Positions 48,926 through 61,114 of a stretch of DNA of 64,000 nucleotides are shown one piece after another. The notes under the pieces were generated by a model, which was given only the letters and a program-made list of their open reading frames with translations, was not told the origin of the DNA and did no database searches. A program made the position numbers and the translations under genes. The first letter of the stretch is position 1. Each line of letters opens with the position of its first letter. Origin of the DNA: Neoechinorhynchus agilis (Eukaryota; Animalia; Acanthocephala); NCBI GenBank assembly GCA_051530055.1, contig CM121341.1:12688784-12752783 (forward strand), written 5' to 3'.

Positions 48926-50702
48926 TCAATTAAAAGGATTTAGCATACCGCGTACGAATGCATCCGCAGAAAGTGCTTCAACGAACTCCTGTTTTGAAAT
49001 TCTGCCATCTTGGGATGAGTCAACAATGTCCATTATTTCACAAACCATTTTTTCCATCTCGTAATCTTCTGGATGTTGAATTCCCAACAACTGCAGCATG
49101 GCCACCAGAACTGGTTGGATTTCATCCTTTTCGATATACGTACTATAGTTAGCATCATAGCAATCGAAGGCGTATGACAAGCGAGATTTCAGGTCTCCTT
49201 TACAAGCGATGGCGAACCCGACCAAGAATTCACCAAACTCAATGTACCTTTATGGAAAATACGTGCTTCTAAAACCACTGAGAGGAACATACCCACTGCG
49301 ATCGTGATCAAAAGCTCTAAATGTAATAGAACTGATCGCTTCAACTCGTTCATCTGTGTCCTGTTTAATCAGTAGTTTATACAATTGTCGAAACTGGGAT
49401 TGAGTTAATCTTCCAGCCGAGGAAATACGGTGAAATTCCGTATGGGCAATTCGTACTTGTTCAACAGTTAGACCTAAATTTGTGCCAAAGATAACAAATT
49501 GGAAAAAAAACACATTTTTACTATCCCTGAACTACCTTTTAAGACCTGAAGAAGTCCGACGAGACAGGCAAAATATTGTGAAAAAGGAAATTAAGAAATT
49601 TAATCTCTGTATCACTGAGCAAAATATATTTTTACTATCGTAACATTGTTTTAATTTAAGGTTTCATGCAAAAAAATAAATGTTGATATGTGAGGTACTG
49701 GGGAATGTGATTGAAATTATTGTTTAGGTCTACACCCGGTAAACGTCTAAAATAAATAATCATTTACCGGGTGTAGACCTAAACAATAAATCCAAATATA
49801 TGAAGAGGTACCGAGGTATATGATTACTGTAAAGAAGTTGTTCTTGTATATATTTTCTTCGGTGATATGGAGATTGAGCATTTTTATACGAAAACAACTT
49901 GGAGTCCGACGAAGTATTGTGAAAAAGGAAATTAATACATTTAATCTCTATATCATCAAAAATATTTGATTAGAATTGTGTTATTTACAAGTCTTCATCT
50001 GGTAAACAATTTCTTTTAACTAAAGGCGTTCTGCGAACCTCGTCGTGTTAATCATCAGTTTTTTGTGAGTTTTCTAATATGTAAGCGTAGAAAACGAACA
50101 AGCAAACTAGTGATAATGAACCCGAAGAGGTTCTCAGAACGTCTTTAGTGCAAAAAAAGTTATTTAGCGGATGAAGACTTGTAAACAACGCATTTCTTAA
50201 GTAATATTTCATTTTATACTCAAATTAGGGTATCTATTTTAAATAAAAAATTTCCCCCACATTCTTTCCCTAGAGAGAAATGCAATGTGAATATCATGGT
50301 TTACCGTCGTCAGGACGCGCTTAATAAGATGCTTATTAAGACTTATGAAGTGCAAATGAACATTAGCTCATTGCTTAACTAGTTACTCTCGAGCGATTTT
50401 GTAATTTCTAATTATCTTGAAAATTTTTACTAAGCACTTCCCTTTCGCCTCGCCGACTAACCCGTTTGTCTACTCAAGAAGTCGACATCCTCTTGAGACA
50501 AAAAGCTTGCAGATTCATCCGTTCTACTTTCGCAGTCCTTTGCACTTGATCGTTGCAATCGAGCGAGTAAGGCTCGGGGTGATTGTCGTGGCTTTCCAAC
50601 AGCAGCAGCACTGCTATCATTTTCATGACTATTGTTGCAAGCCTCACTTGCATCGATGGACACTGCTGACGCAGCCGTAGATGAAGAGACTTTTGATCCC
50701 AT
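48926..50702 (-). CDS. Neuronal calcium sensor (recoverin/frequenin/hippocalcin family) EF-hand protein; exons 50702-50462, 49473-49293, 49247-48926
   Basis: MG start; FRAFDHDRSGYIEFGEFL, YAFDCYDAN, DSSQDGRISKQEF; phases join through GT-AG. Confidence 0.9.
49540..49975. repeat. Decayed pLTR/HHR copies plus a perfect 27-bp-arm hairpin (49716-49788) in NCS intron 1
   Basis: ctgaagaagtccgacgagacaggcaaaatattg at about 49546; gtccgacgaagtattg at about 49905. Confidence 0.7.
49984..50187. mobile_element. MITE-like foldback, about 57-bp imperfect arms
   Basis: tttacaagtcttcatc...gaacctc vs gaggttc...gatgaagacttgtaaa. Confidence 0.6.
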
Positions 50703-51950
50703 TTGTAAGTCGAGAAAAGAGCTACTCTAAACGCTTATCATTTTTTTGTCAGCTGCTCAATGGGAGAATACAGCGGCGTGTTTTGGTAGACGGGTAAGGC
50801 GATGAGTACACGAAGAGTGGTGTAGGAATGTGAGCGTGCTAGTGAGTGCGTCTGAATGGATCCATTTGCATCGACTCAGCTAATAAAGGAGGCGAAATGT
50901 CGACTAGAGATGAAGATGTGTCTTATTGTAACTGTTGTCTGCTAGGAAGCATCTCGTTATCACCAGATAAAAGAGAAACGTTCAGGAAGGACGCTCGGTC
51001 ACACGAGCGTTTTTTTGCAAACTAAAGAGCACAATCGTGTTCGTAGGTTTAATTAGCGATTCAATGGTTGTTTTTACGATCTCATAGACTATTCAGTTTC
51101 CCCGCCACTGCATTCGAAGCCGTCTCAAACTCATATGTACGCATTAATCGATCTCGGGCCTTGAATTTAAACAATTTTATGATGTTAGCAGTATCCATTT
51201 CAAGAATCCAGAACAGCTAACAAACAAACGTTTGCTTCTGGTGCACTCTGTGCGTCTAATGGTGAAGAAAAGCTTACAGAAAATTTCTGCGATTTCGACA
51301 TTGTTTTACAGTTGCTATGAGAAATGAGACGCTATTCTTTACACTCAGTGTCTGCTCTTTGATTACAATGAGATTACCATGAACTGTCGTCGCCTTGTCA
51401 ATGCCCAAATTACGCTCAGATTCCGCAGTTAGTAGCATATTGCCTCAGAAAACGGATTCTGATTTCATCTCAAGTTCTCACAAGGTCATTTTTAAAAGTT
51501 TTCAATGCTAGATGAAATGTCATTCTGTGTGCCCGCCTGGAAAAGTATATTTGCTGATGAATTTTATATTTTTTCATCATTGAATTCTTAAAAAGACTAA
51601 AAAATTATGAGAATTTCCCGTTGAAATAAAGCCTGGAAGGTTAGCGTCTAATCAATGTCAGTCCTATTGATTTTGAGGGCAACACCAGTAGTGTGATTTG
51701 TGGACGATTTTGAAAGAAAATTGATTTAGCTCTCTAGAGGACATTATGAGCGCTTTCCTAATTTCCTAATGCGTCCATTGCCCGATGTCATGAAAAGAGT
51801 CGGGAGCGCGTCCAATAAAATGCAGGAAGGTGCCCATTGCAGCAATCTATAAGAAAAAATCGATAGACGTTACAAAACTCACACTTGTGCAATCTTTTTT
51901 AAAAAACGAAAAGTGGAGGTTCACAATGAGAATTAAAAAACGCAGGACAT

Positions 51951-52503
51951 TCACGAGCTTGTCAATTTTAATAAGTCTAAATCGTTTCGGAACGAACGAC
52001 AGTCCTTTAGGCATGAATAGATAAGCCTTCTTAAGTTAGGATTTTCAAGTGCAGCAAATACGCGTTCTTTATCGTTAAGTTGTTTATTAATGGATCGCTC
52101 TTGAGCATGAGCTCCCTCCTTTACAAAAGTCATACATTTCGTTCCCAGGCTAACTGAACTCATGAGTCTGCTTTGAATCGTAAGACCAATCAACGATGCC
52201 ATTGAACAGTGCGGTATTGTTGGAGTAAAAAAGACTCGAATGATCCGTCCATCTAAGCATCCCCGCGGTCTCGATCAAGACAATCTAGTGGAAACCGCGT
52301 AAATCGATCAGTATGTGAACGTCATTCAATTGAACTACTTTTAAATGTTCAAGAGTGAATGGGTGCTCAGGATCTTTTATATCTCTAATTAAATCGAATA
52401 TCTCACGCCCAGTAATGGGATCCTCTTTCGTAATATCCATCATATCTTCTGACAGTTCCATAGGTTCAAGAATTTCATGCAATTCTGGTCTTAGATTTTC
52501 CAT
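51951..52503 (-). CDS. CIAO2B: CIA2B/MIP18 cytosolic Fe-S assembly component, one 43-nt intron
   Basis: [59 protein letters not shown]. Confidence 0.93.
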
Positions 52504-52909
52504 TGTAAAACAATCTGAAACGGACCACATGCCGTGAAAGTTAAACAGAAGGAAGCTTCATTCTAAAAAGAAAAATCGCGAACAACTTACATGGCGCAAT
52601 TCTGATACTTTATTTTCCTTTGAAAAAATTTCTCACGTTTGTTTTAATGGAGTTTTTGCACGAAACTGCAGACTGAGAAGAGATACGAACAAATCGAAAT
52701 AAAGTTAATAATCTAACAAAAAATTTAATCTAATGCATCTTTAATTTCCTTAGAATCTTTTATAGATTAAGGGCCGCAGTCATACAAATCAGAATTAAAC
52801 AATGAGAAACTTATGCAATCAGGTTGTATTCAACGAAAAGTTGCGAGAAACGCACTAAGGACAATCAACAAATAAACTTGTAGAAAAAGGAATCTTGGAA
52901 CAGAAATCA

Positions 52910-53945
52910 CTCAAACCACCGCTATGGATCACTTAGCTGCCACCCTGGTGTAATAGTCGAAAGCACGGATGCAGCGTTCCCCCATTGCACAGCCAGGCTT
53001 ATGTTTTGTAGAAGGAATGCTCCTTATCTCGGATCGCCAGTGATTAGTCTCAATCTCTTAGACAATTGTTTGAACAGGTCCAGCGCCGCGGTACAAAACG
53101 GCACGAGCGTCTCGACGCCAAAAAGAACGAAATAATGGTTTCGACTTAGGACCCTGTATTTAATCTTTTGCGGTCCTCAGCGGCGATTGCTGCTCGCCAT
53201 CGTTTAATAGTGACGAATTTTATGTTGCTGGCTGCGAATGGTGTCCCAGTGCCTCCTTTCGATGCGGGAATACTGACACCGTCCGGTCTACGGCCATCAA
53301 CTCGGCAAAGATTGCTATGCTCAAGGATGTTCGGCGCATTCACAGTATTCATGACACTACTAAGAATTGCGTTCACTTTGGAGTGTCGTGAGTACCATCT
53401 GCTTGATTGTCAACAGGCGAGATCATGGCGTCAAGATGGATCCACGGTCGCTCCGCAACGGCAGCGATGGGATGTTCACATCGGTACCCCAAGTGTCAGG
53501 GACACTGCAATACTTACTGTCTTGTCGGAGAGAAGAGTACTCGCAAAAGCGATTGGCATAGCGTTGAGCCAAGAACCCGATTCTCTTGTAGAGACTGCAA
53601 TCCTTCACGATAGTTTGCCTGGACGCCTCATCTTCCACGTTCATCATTAAAATCTCGCATTTCGCAGCATTCAATTCAATCACAATTTTCGCCGTCTCCT
53701 TCACGAGTGTCTCCAAATCGCACAGTACAACCGAGGGGTTATATCCGAGTGTGGCATCGTCCAGGTACCAGCCGTTAAAGCTGGACTGGAGAGAGTGTGC
53801 GACGGGATTGACCGCGAGTGAGAAGGCTATTGGGCCCAAAGGATCCCGTTGTTGAACTCCTCTTTCTGGCCACGAAGTGTGGTTATTGAACAACAATTGT
53901 GTTGGAGCCCCATTGGCATTAGCGAAATGTTTCTGGTGCGTGATC
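52910..53945 (-). mobile_element. CRE-clade copy (RT piece + endonuclease, internal deletion)
   Basis: GVQQRDPLGP, WYLDDATL, CRVDGRRPDG; 3' end matches 985-1070. Confidence 0.88.
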
Positions 53946-54184
53946 TCTAACTACTTCGAGTAAATCTGCTCGGTGAACTGTGTTGAATACATAACCCGAA
54001 CGACCAACATTGGCAAAACAAAAAACATCGACTTTACGGTTGTATACGAGCAAGCACTGAAAATAAATCCACACACCGAAAACAGCTGCCTTTGTTCAAA
54101 ATAAATTTTTGAAATTAGTGCGCATAAAAATACTAAGATTAAGAAAATACGCTCCCAACTCTCTAAAGTATATAATTCGGACGT

Positions 54185-56001
54185 CTAAATAGCATCAATA
54201 TCGAGCTCATCATCACCGCCGTCTTTTTTCTTACCCTCGCTTTCATCATCCCGTTTGTGTCCACTTGATTTTTCATCAGCAATCAGATCTGCTTCGTTCC
54301 TAAAGCTAAACACAACCTCTACATCATTTGCTTTTTGATCATCATCCACCTCTTCCTCTTCTGCTTCATCCAACCAATCAATAAAAGGCTTGGCTGCTGA
54401 ATGCAGTTCAGAAACCAATTGCTTTGACCTCAAATATTTCCGACTTGAACGAGAACTCCATTCCTTGAATGTTGTCTCTGAAACTAGATCCGTTTCATAG
54501 AGTTCCATAAAAACAAACGGCGCCTTCTCGATAAGTTCATTATTAAGAGCCATCGTTTGCTCAATGCCTGCTAACAAATATTTTTCTGCGTGTTCATTTC
54601 CGGTGCAGAATTTACACAAGAGCTTCCGGTAGTGTTTGATCGCACTTACCATGTCATTCTTAAAGGAACCAGTTGTGAAGATTATCTCGGAAAGGACAAG
54701 AGGCGCTTTTTCGACTAAATCAAGATTCTCAGCTTCTTGGTACAATTCGTTTATGTCAGCATCAGTCATTTTATCAGATACCTTCGATTTAGCTTTTGCA
54801 AATAAGGCATCTGCGCGTTCAGTGTCCTTCAAGTTTGATTTTCGGTTTTCCGTAACGGACAATGCTTCGAATTCTGACTGGATTTCATCTATTCTGCAAC
54901 CGGTGAACACTACTAAAGGTTCGATGAAAGAAGCGGTATTTGATTCAAACATCAATCTTGGTCTTTTTAGTTACAGGGACAACTCTAAATGAGGTCCTTA
55001 TTGAACCACAATTTCTAGAGATAACGATAAAAATAGTTTACGTTAGACTTTCCTCAGTGGTACAGAAAATGTTTAACATTAAAAGACTAGTTTTTCGGTT
55101 GACTTTAGCTAAGAAATTAAAATCGTCGCAGAAGACAAACAAAGGAGTACTTAAATGGGTTTTTTATGACAAGACAATTTCAATTTTCCGCCATTACAAA
55201 AAAATATGAACAGTTCAAATTTTAGATAGCGCAATAGTTCATGTATTTCGGCGCATAATCTTGTTTCTCAAGGGTTTTTTTGGGATGAGTGTGCGAAAAA
55301 AGATCCCATTTCCGAATTAAGAAAAACCACTTAAACGTTCATCAATTGCATATTTTTACACCACCTCCAGTCCATTGCCTATCGTCATCTCGTAAGTTTG
55401 GCGCTCGAATCACAAGATCTTCTTCGGTAGTCGCGGCAGCCGTAAGTTCCGACTCGATGGTGGACGTTGGAACACTGGACGGGGATTCTCTCGCTCCAGT
55501 CTTCTTTCCACCTCTTTTCTTACTACCACCACCACTACCACCACCGCCGCTCTTTGTCTCAGATAACATTTTCGGCGTATGACTCATTATGTAGTTGCAA
55601 AGTCGATGACCAATGGGCGGTTTGGTTACATGTCCACAAGCCTTACATTTTTGGGAAATATCATTCTTACTCACCGCAAGCACAGTTTCCGGGTTCTCAC
55701 AATTCTCGCACAAAACGAACTTCTTAATGAATACGCCAAGAAGCGACTGCAACTTTGCATTATCATGAGCCCCGTTGATTATCCACCGATCTTCTCTTGA
55801 ATTCATCTGAACCTGAGCACCCAACTCACATCCAAAGAACTTTGTAGAGTACTCTGGGGCTCTATTAAGAGCCTTAGCAATCGAACTCATGTTTACTATC
55901 ACTGTTTTTATCCCATTTCCACAGCCTTCAATCTTCGCCAAGAGTTTCGGCATCTTGTACCGGTAAAATGGGTCATCGTTGTCCGGATGAACGTTAATCA
56001 T
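54185..56001 (-). CDS. EIF5: Eukaryotic translation initiation factor 5
   Basis: DPFYRYKMP...EGCGNGIKTVIVNM, KFFGCELGAQ, CENCENPET, CKACG; W2 domain ending KPFIDWLDEAEEEE. Confidence 0.96.
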
Positions 56002-56935
56002 TCTTTTCTTCTTCTAAAGCTTTCCCTTTAACCACAAAAAAGATGTATGCGTAAAATCTATTAAAAGCTCAGTAACCAAAGCAACGACCAAAAACTTTTT
56101 GGACCTACCGTGCGCGTTAGTGGCCCTTATCGTTGACGGTGGAAAGGAAGCAAATTGCATATAAACGTCGCCGCTGGCTGGAGTTCGGTGAACTGGAGTA
56201 GTCTTTGAGAGTGAAGGAATGTGTCACAAGACCCGTAAGAATCATAAAAATAGCGCCATTTTGTGTGACTAAGTAAATAAGAGTCAGAAACGTTGAAGTG
56301 ACGTCATCGAATGCGTCAAAACATTAAGAAGTGAATCCAGGTTCAGAATGTTACAATGGCGGAATGGTGAGGGAATTTTATTAGGTCGAGCGTGGGTCTT
56401 TCTAAAAGGTTGTTTTATTTTAAGGATATACGCGTGAAACATGTCACAACAGCATTGTGCGCCCAAATATCAGACTCGATAATTAATTCACTTTTATTGA
56501 GCGATTTCTCTGAAGAGATCCCGATTTTTAGCGACGAACGATTCAATCTTCTCTTATCGAAATTTTTATCTTTACCATAATAAACGATTTTTAAACTCCG
56601 ATAGCATTCGCCCGTTTATAAAAAAGACTAACCGTTTGGGAAAACGACAATTCGAATTAGCAAGAATAACTCATTTGCTTTGAGAACATTCTCAAAAAAT
56701 TGAGTGATTTCTTGCGATTTTCCGTAGGAGATAAAATTTTGAGGAGATCCTATTGTTCACAGACGAACGCGCCGGTCGTATTTTTCGCCATGCGATCAAA
56801 ACGATATAGAAACTCCGATAAAATTCGGGCGCTTATATGGGATTGCACTTTACCTATCTCATCAATAATAATAACGCATTTTCGCATTATCACAAGCACA
56901 CAATCACACAGGCTAATAATCTGTATAACGCTTGA

Positions 56936-57547
56936 TCACTTTTCACGGTCCGTACTTTGTGCGGGCACGTTAGTATTGGTCCAATCAACATGACCCTCGT
57001 AGAATTGCAACACATGATTGGGATATTTATTGTAGGCGTATTTTCTGTCCACTTGTCCAACAGTTCCATCTTTGTACTTAATATGGAAGATTATTTCATC
57101 ACCTTCCTTTTCCGCCCGTACAATTGAATCGAAGAATCGCCTGACTTTTTTGCTATGATGTTCCTTTGGATGTTCCTTTGTCCTTTTTCTAGGCTTCACC
57201 GATTTACTAACCGGTTCAGATTCAGTGCTACTTTTAGTCGCAGCGTCAGGTCCAGGAGCTGATCGTCTTGTCTTGTAGATGGGATTATTCTTGCGTTCTT
57301 CATACTCTTTAACTAATTTATCGCATTTGAGATTCCCGGCAGGAGTCCAAGTTCTTTGGGATTTGGGATATCCCTCCCATTTCAAAAGATACTCCACGAC
57401 GCCATCTTTAATGCGTTTATCATCAATGCTTTCCACGACGTAAGACGAATTTGTCGATGAAGATTGAGAAGAACTCGTTGAAGACGCATTTTTGGGTTCC
57501 TTGTAAACTTTGCTTCCTTTATTTCTGATTGATCGACGTGGTGCCAT
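56936..57547 (-). CDS. Heterochromatin protein 1 (chromodomain + chromoshadow), intronless
   Basis: YVVESI...YLLKWEGY...TWTP..NL; basic hinge; IFHIKYKDG...[13 protein letters not shown]. Confidence 0.9.
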   Translation of the reverse strand: MAPRRSIRNKGSKVYKEPKNASSTSSSQSSSTNSSYVVESIDDKRIKDGVVEYLLKWEGYPKSQRTWTPAGNLKCDKLVKEYEERKNNPIYKTRRSAPGPDAATKSSTESEPVSKSVKPRKRTKEHPKEHHSKKVRRFFDSIVRAEKEGDEIIFHIKYKDGTVGQVDRKYAYNKYPNHVLQFYEGHVDWTNTNVPAQSTDREK

Positions 57548-60119
57548 GGGCGAGGGAGCGCGTAAACTTCTAAAAATTGAGGGCGAATGTACGTGCGTTT
57601 TTGTTAACTTTTTGTGCATCGGTCCGATGACGTCATCATATCGAAGGCGCTATTTCCGACGAACGACAGTCGGAAACAAACAAAACGTCGCGAGCGCGAG
57701 CGGACGTCGTGAAAGTGACCACAACACTGAAAATCACACACGTAAAGTACAGAAAAAGAAGAAAGACGCTATTTTGGAACATTTGCATTCACGTCGAAGT
57801 TTCGTAAATATGACGAAATCAGGGACGATTCTTTCAGATCCGCGTAAAATCGCATTGTCGCGATTTGTACGTGGTGCCGTCCCGTAGACTATCGGCAAAC
57901 AGAGAAAAGTTAGTCGTTCAAAAATTAGGGTGGATGTTGTATATTTTTGGTGGGCCATCAACCGTTTATTCTGATCAAATTATAAAGACTCGAAGCCTAA
58001 TTTTAAGATTTCGCTTAATCGGAACGGCCGGTTTTTTGTGTGTTCAAAGCGATCGTTTTAAAATTGAGTTGTAGAACACAAAAACGAAAAACTTGACACC
58101 AAATTATACCGTTAAAAAATCGAAATGAATGCTAAAAAATATTTATTGTAACTATCGATGGATATAACCCATTTTTTATTAATGTTTTCACAACCACAGA
58201 GTACTGTGGCGGAGGGTGGCAAACGGCTACCCACATAGCTTCGATTTTCGTCTTCAAAAGACGATATGCATCAGATTAGATACTATGATCGGCCTTTCAA
58301 AAAGGACAATTACGTATCTAAAATAACTGCTGTCCCAATCTCAACCAAAGAGGCCACTTGAGGACTTTTCCTTAAACCATGGTTAAATACCAAAAAAAAT
58401 AATATAATAAGAATTAAATCTGCGTCATTTTGGAACCGTACCCTGAAAATAGTCTTTACAAACAAAATGGAAATGGAGGACTTCGAAGCCTTCATAAAAG
58501 AACGTTTCGATGATCGGCATTTCAATATACAATCCTTCAGAAACAAAGCTACTTTCATTGCACACAACATCGAGAGTTTGTCCTCGCCTGAAACGATTAA
58601 AGAATTCGAGGAACAATTTCAGCTCAAGTTTAAATTCTTTTTTAAATCCAGGAAGATGGGAAAGACGATTCCAGTGGGAGTAGTGGAAACCGACACTGAC
58701 CATATGGATACTCCATGCTCACGCAAATGGATCTTTCAATGTACGGAGATTAAAACGAGTAAATGTGCCAACTGTGGTGGATCTCACAGGAGCTACTATA
58801 AAGGTTGTCCCTGTTTTAAGGCTTATGTGGATGGATGCCTGGAAGGCGGATATCGAAATGAAAAGAAATCAGAGCAGTGAAAAGACAATCCTTTCATCAC
58901 CGTCCTATCAGACAGGAACGATTGCTACTACAAAGGATGCCGTTCAACCAACCCAACCCATCTACAATGAAGAAGAGTTATGTCAACGAATCTTCGATAA
59001 AGTATTACACGAAGTAATACATAGCATATCGACACTCTTCAACAGCCTTCAGAATCAAATTGCACAGCAAATTCAAAGTATGCTTTCGATCACGATTCCG
59101 AAGACCATTATCAACCCGACAGCGAATGGCGGGAACCAAGTACAATCAGGACTGAATAAGAGGCAAAGAATACCCGCCAAAGACAATAAAACAAGCGGCA
59201 GAAATTCACGACGCTCGAACAATGTATCAAACAATAGACATATCACTAGCGACTCTGACGCTGCGATGGACGTTATAGAATGACAATGAGTGGGTCCTCG
59301 CCCGCGCCGCTCAATTTACACTGCTTACAGTGGAATTCGGGTGGAGCCGCGGCTCTAAACAGGTTAGATACTTTTAACTACATTACCGAAGATATTATTT
59401 TTATACAATATGCCAAAAAGGCAGTAGTAGGTTTTTATGTTTTACTACAAAAGTTTACATTTGAATACGATGTATTCCCAACATTTCCCTGGAATGCACA
59501 TTCAAGTAGTCTCAGCAATTTTCAAAAAACACCTTTCAGCCTCCCTTATCCAAAATTATATTAGTGAAAATCTATCATATGCTATCTTCAAAATTCACTC
59601 TAATGCGAAGGAGTTAATGTTAATTGGAAATGTTTATGTACGTCCGAAGTTCATACATAAAAAAGATACGAAGGACATTATTAGTAACCTTCTAAGTTTA
59701 GGCAATATCGTTTTATTTGGCGATTTTAATGACCCGTCAGGAAAATGGACGAAAGCAATAGCCAATAGTGAAAGCACTCATGTGTTTTTAACTCCCACCC
59801 AACCCACATTTCACAGGGTATCAAGTAATGTTCATTCTTGGTTGAATGGATGCTATGCTCCTTCCAACAGACAGGAAAGCACTACGGTTGTGAAACAGTG
59901 TGCTTTATCGGAAGCATGCTATCACGATATCATAACCTGGTATTTATCCAACGACAAGTCCCTAACTCGTAGATTCCGATTTTCGCCAATTAATGTAGCC
60001 TTCTTTAACTTCGCCATCAAAAGTTCTCTTTTCGTACATCTGATTCTCTATGACTGGAATTCTTTACTTTTTAATCTTAGCAATATTTATTCAACCAATC
60101 TTCATTTCTCGACAATTAA

Positions 60120-60800
60120 CACACTCACCACCTCCCGCAGAATTCCAGCTTTTGTCCTTCCTCGACCGTCGCCATCACGCTGGCAGCATTGCCCCGTTGT
60201 ACTGCTAGCGAGATATTGAAGGAATACGCCTGCTCTTGAGTCTCCGGTTGCCTCTCTCAATTTCTTCGAAAGATCCTGGAGCAGAGAGAGTGCCGAGCGC
60301 TCCATACTTCTCTACCCCAAAGGGGACAAAATAGTGAGCCCTCGATAAGTGAAGATATTTCCGTATTTTCCTCCATTCCGCTGCAATGGCGGCACCACCG
60401 GCGATTTCGAGGGAGTAGGGGATGTTGCTGGCTGCAAGGGTGTCCACACACGTGGCGTCCCAGAGAAGGCATTTGCCCTCCCGCCACGGGAAGACCGAAA
60501 TTCCATCGGGCCTACGGCCGTCTAGTCTACAGAGGTGGGCGGATTCCAGGATGTTCGGGAAGTTCGCCGTTCTCAACGCCCGAGAAATTGCGTTATTGAT
60601 TTCAGAATGGCGTGAGAACCTTCCTGCTGACCTTCTGCAGACGAGACCGTGTCGCCCGAAAGCATCAACCAAAGACCCACATCGACAGCGATGGGGCGTG
60701 CATATCGGGAGACCAAGTCTTAAGGATACTGCGATTCTCGTTACCTCGTCAGTAAAAAGAGTTCCCACTGATGCCAGAGGAACAGCCTCCAACCACGCCC
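60120..60800 (-). mobile_element. CRE 3' fragment, same subfamily as 18490-19230
   Basis: Near-identical nucleotide sequence to 18495-19190. Confidence 0.92.
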
Positions 60801-61071
60801 AGATCATTCATCAAGAGGAGCAGTTTCCTCTAATTATCTGAGGTACTGCGCATCTCAAATTAAAATAGCCAATATAAACCAGGATGCCCCAATGCAGAGA
60901 CTGTGGTCAAACAAATATTGGACTTGCAATTACAATCTACATTTGAAGCAGCATCGTAACGTAATGAGGAATCTATCTTTTTCGATGAAATCCTTTTGGC
61001 GCGTCCTAAAGAACACGAAATTTATCAAATGTTATTTGTTGATAGGGGAGATAAATGAAATTAAGATTTTT

Positions 61072-61114
61072 ATTGGATATTTCGATCCACTATCTCGGAT
61101 CTTCTTCAGCGATT
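61072..61114 (-). ncRNA. Hammerhead ribozyme in a solo pLTR end (61030-61115), same family as 6193
   Basis: aatcg-CTGAAGA-A-GATCC(gagatagt)GGATC-GAAA-TATC-caat. Confidence 0.7.

Noticed and set aside
54960-54990. In-frame TAA upstream of the eIF5 last exon, suggesting a variant genetic code
   Set aside because: Falls in predicted intron; all mapped exons of other genes and the 531-aa PLE ORF read normally with the standard code
56299-57635. Perfect TGACGTCA (CRE/ATF) sites upstream of eIF5 (56299) and HP1 (57628)
   Set aside because: A third copy at 46592 is not near a mapped start; three 8-mers in 64 kb is not clearly above chance
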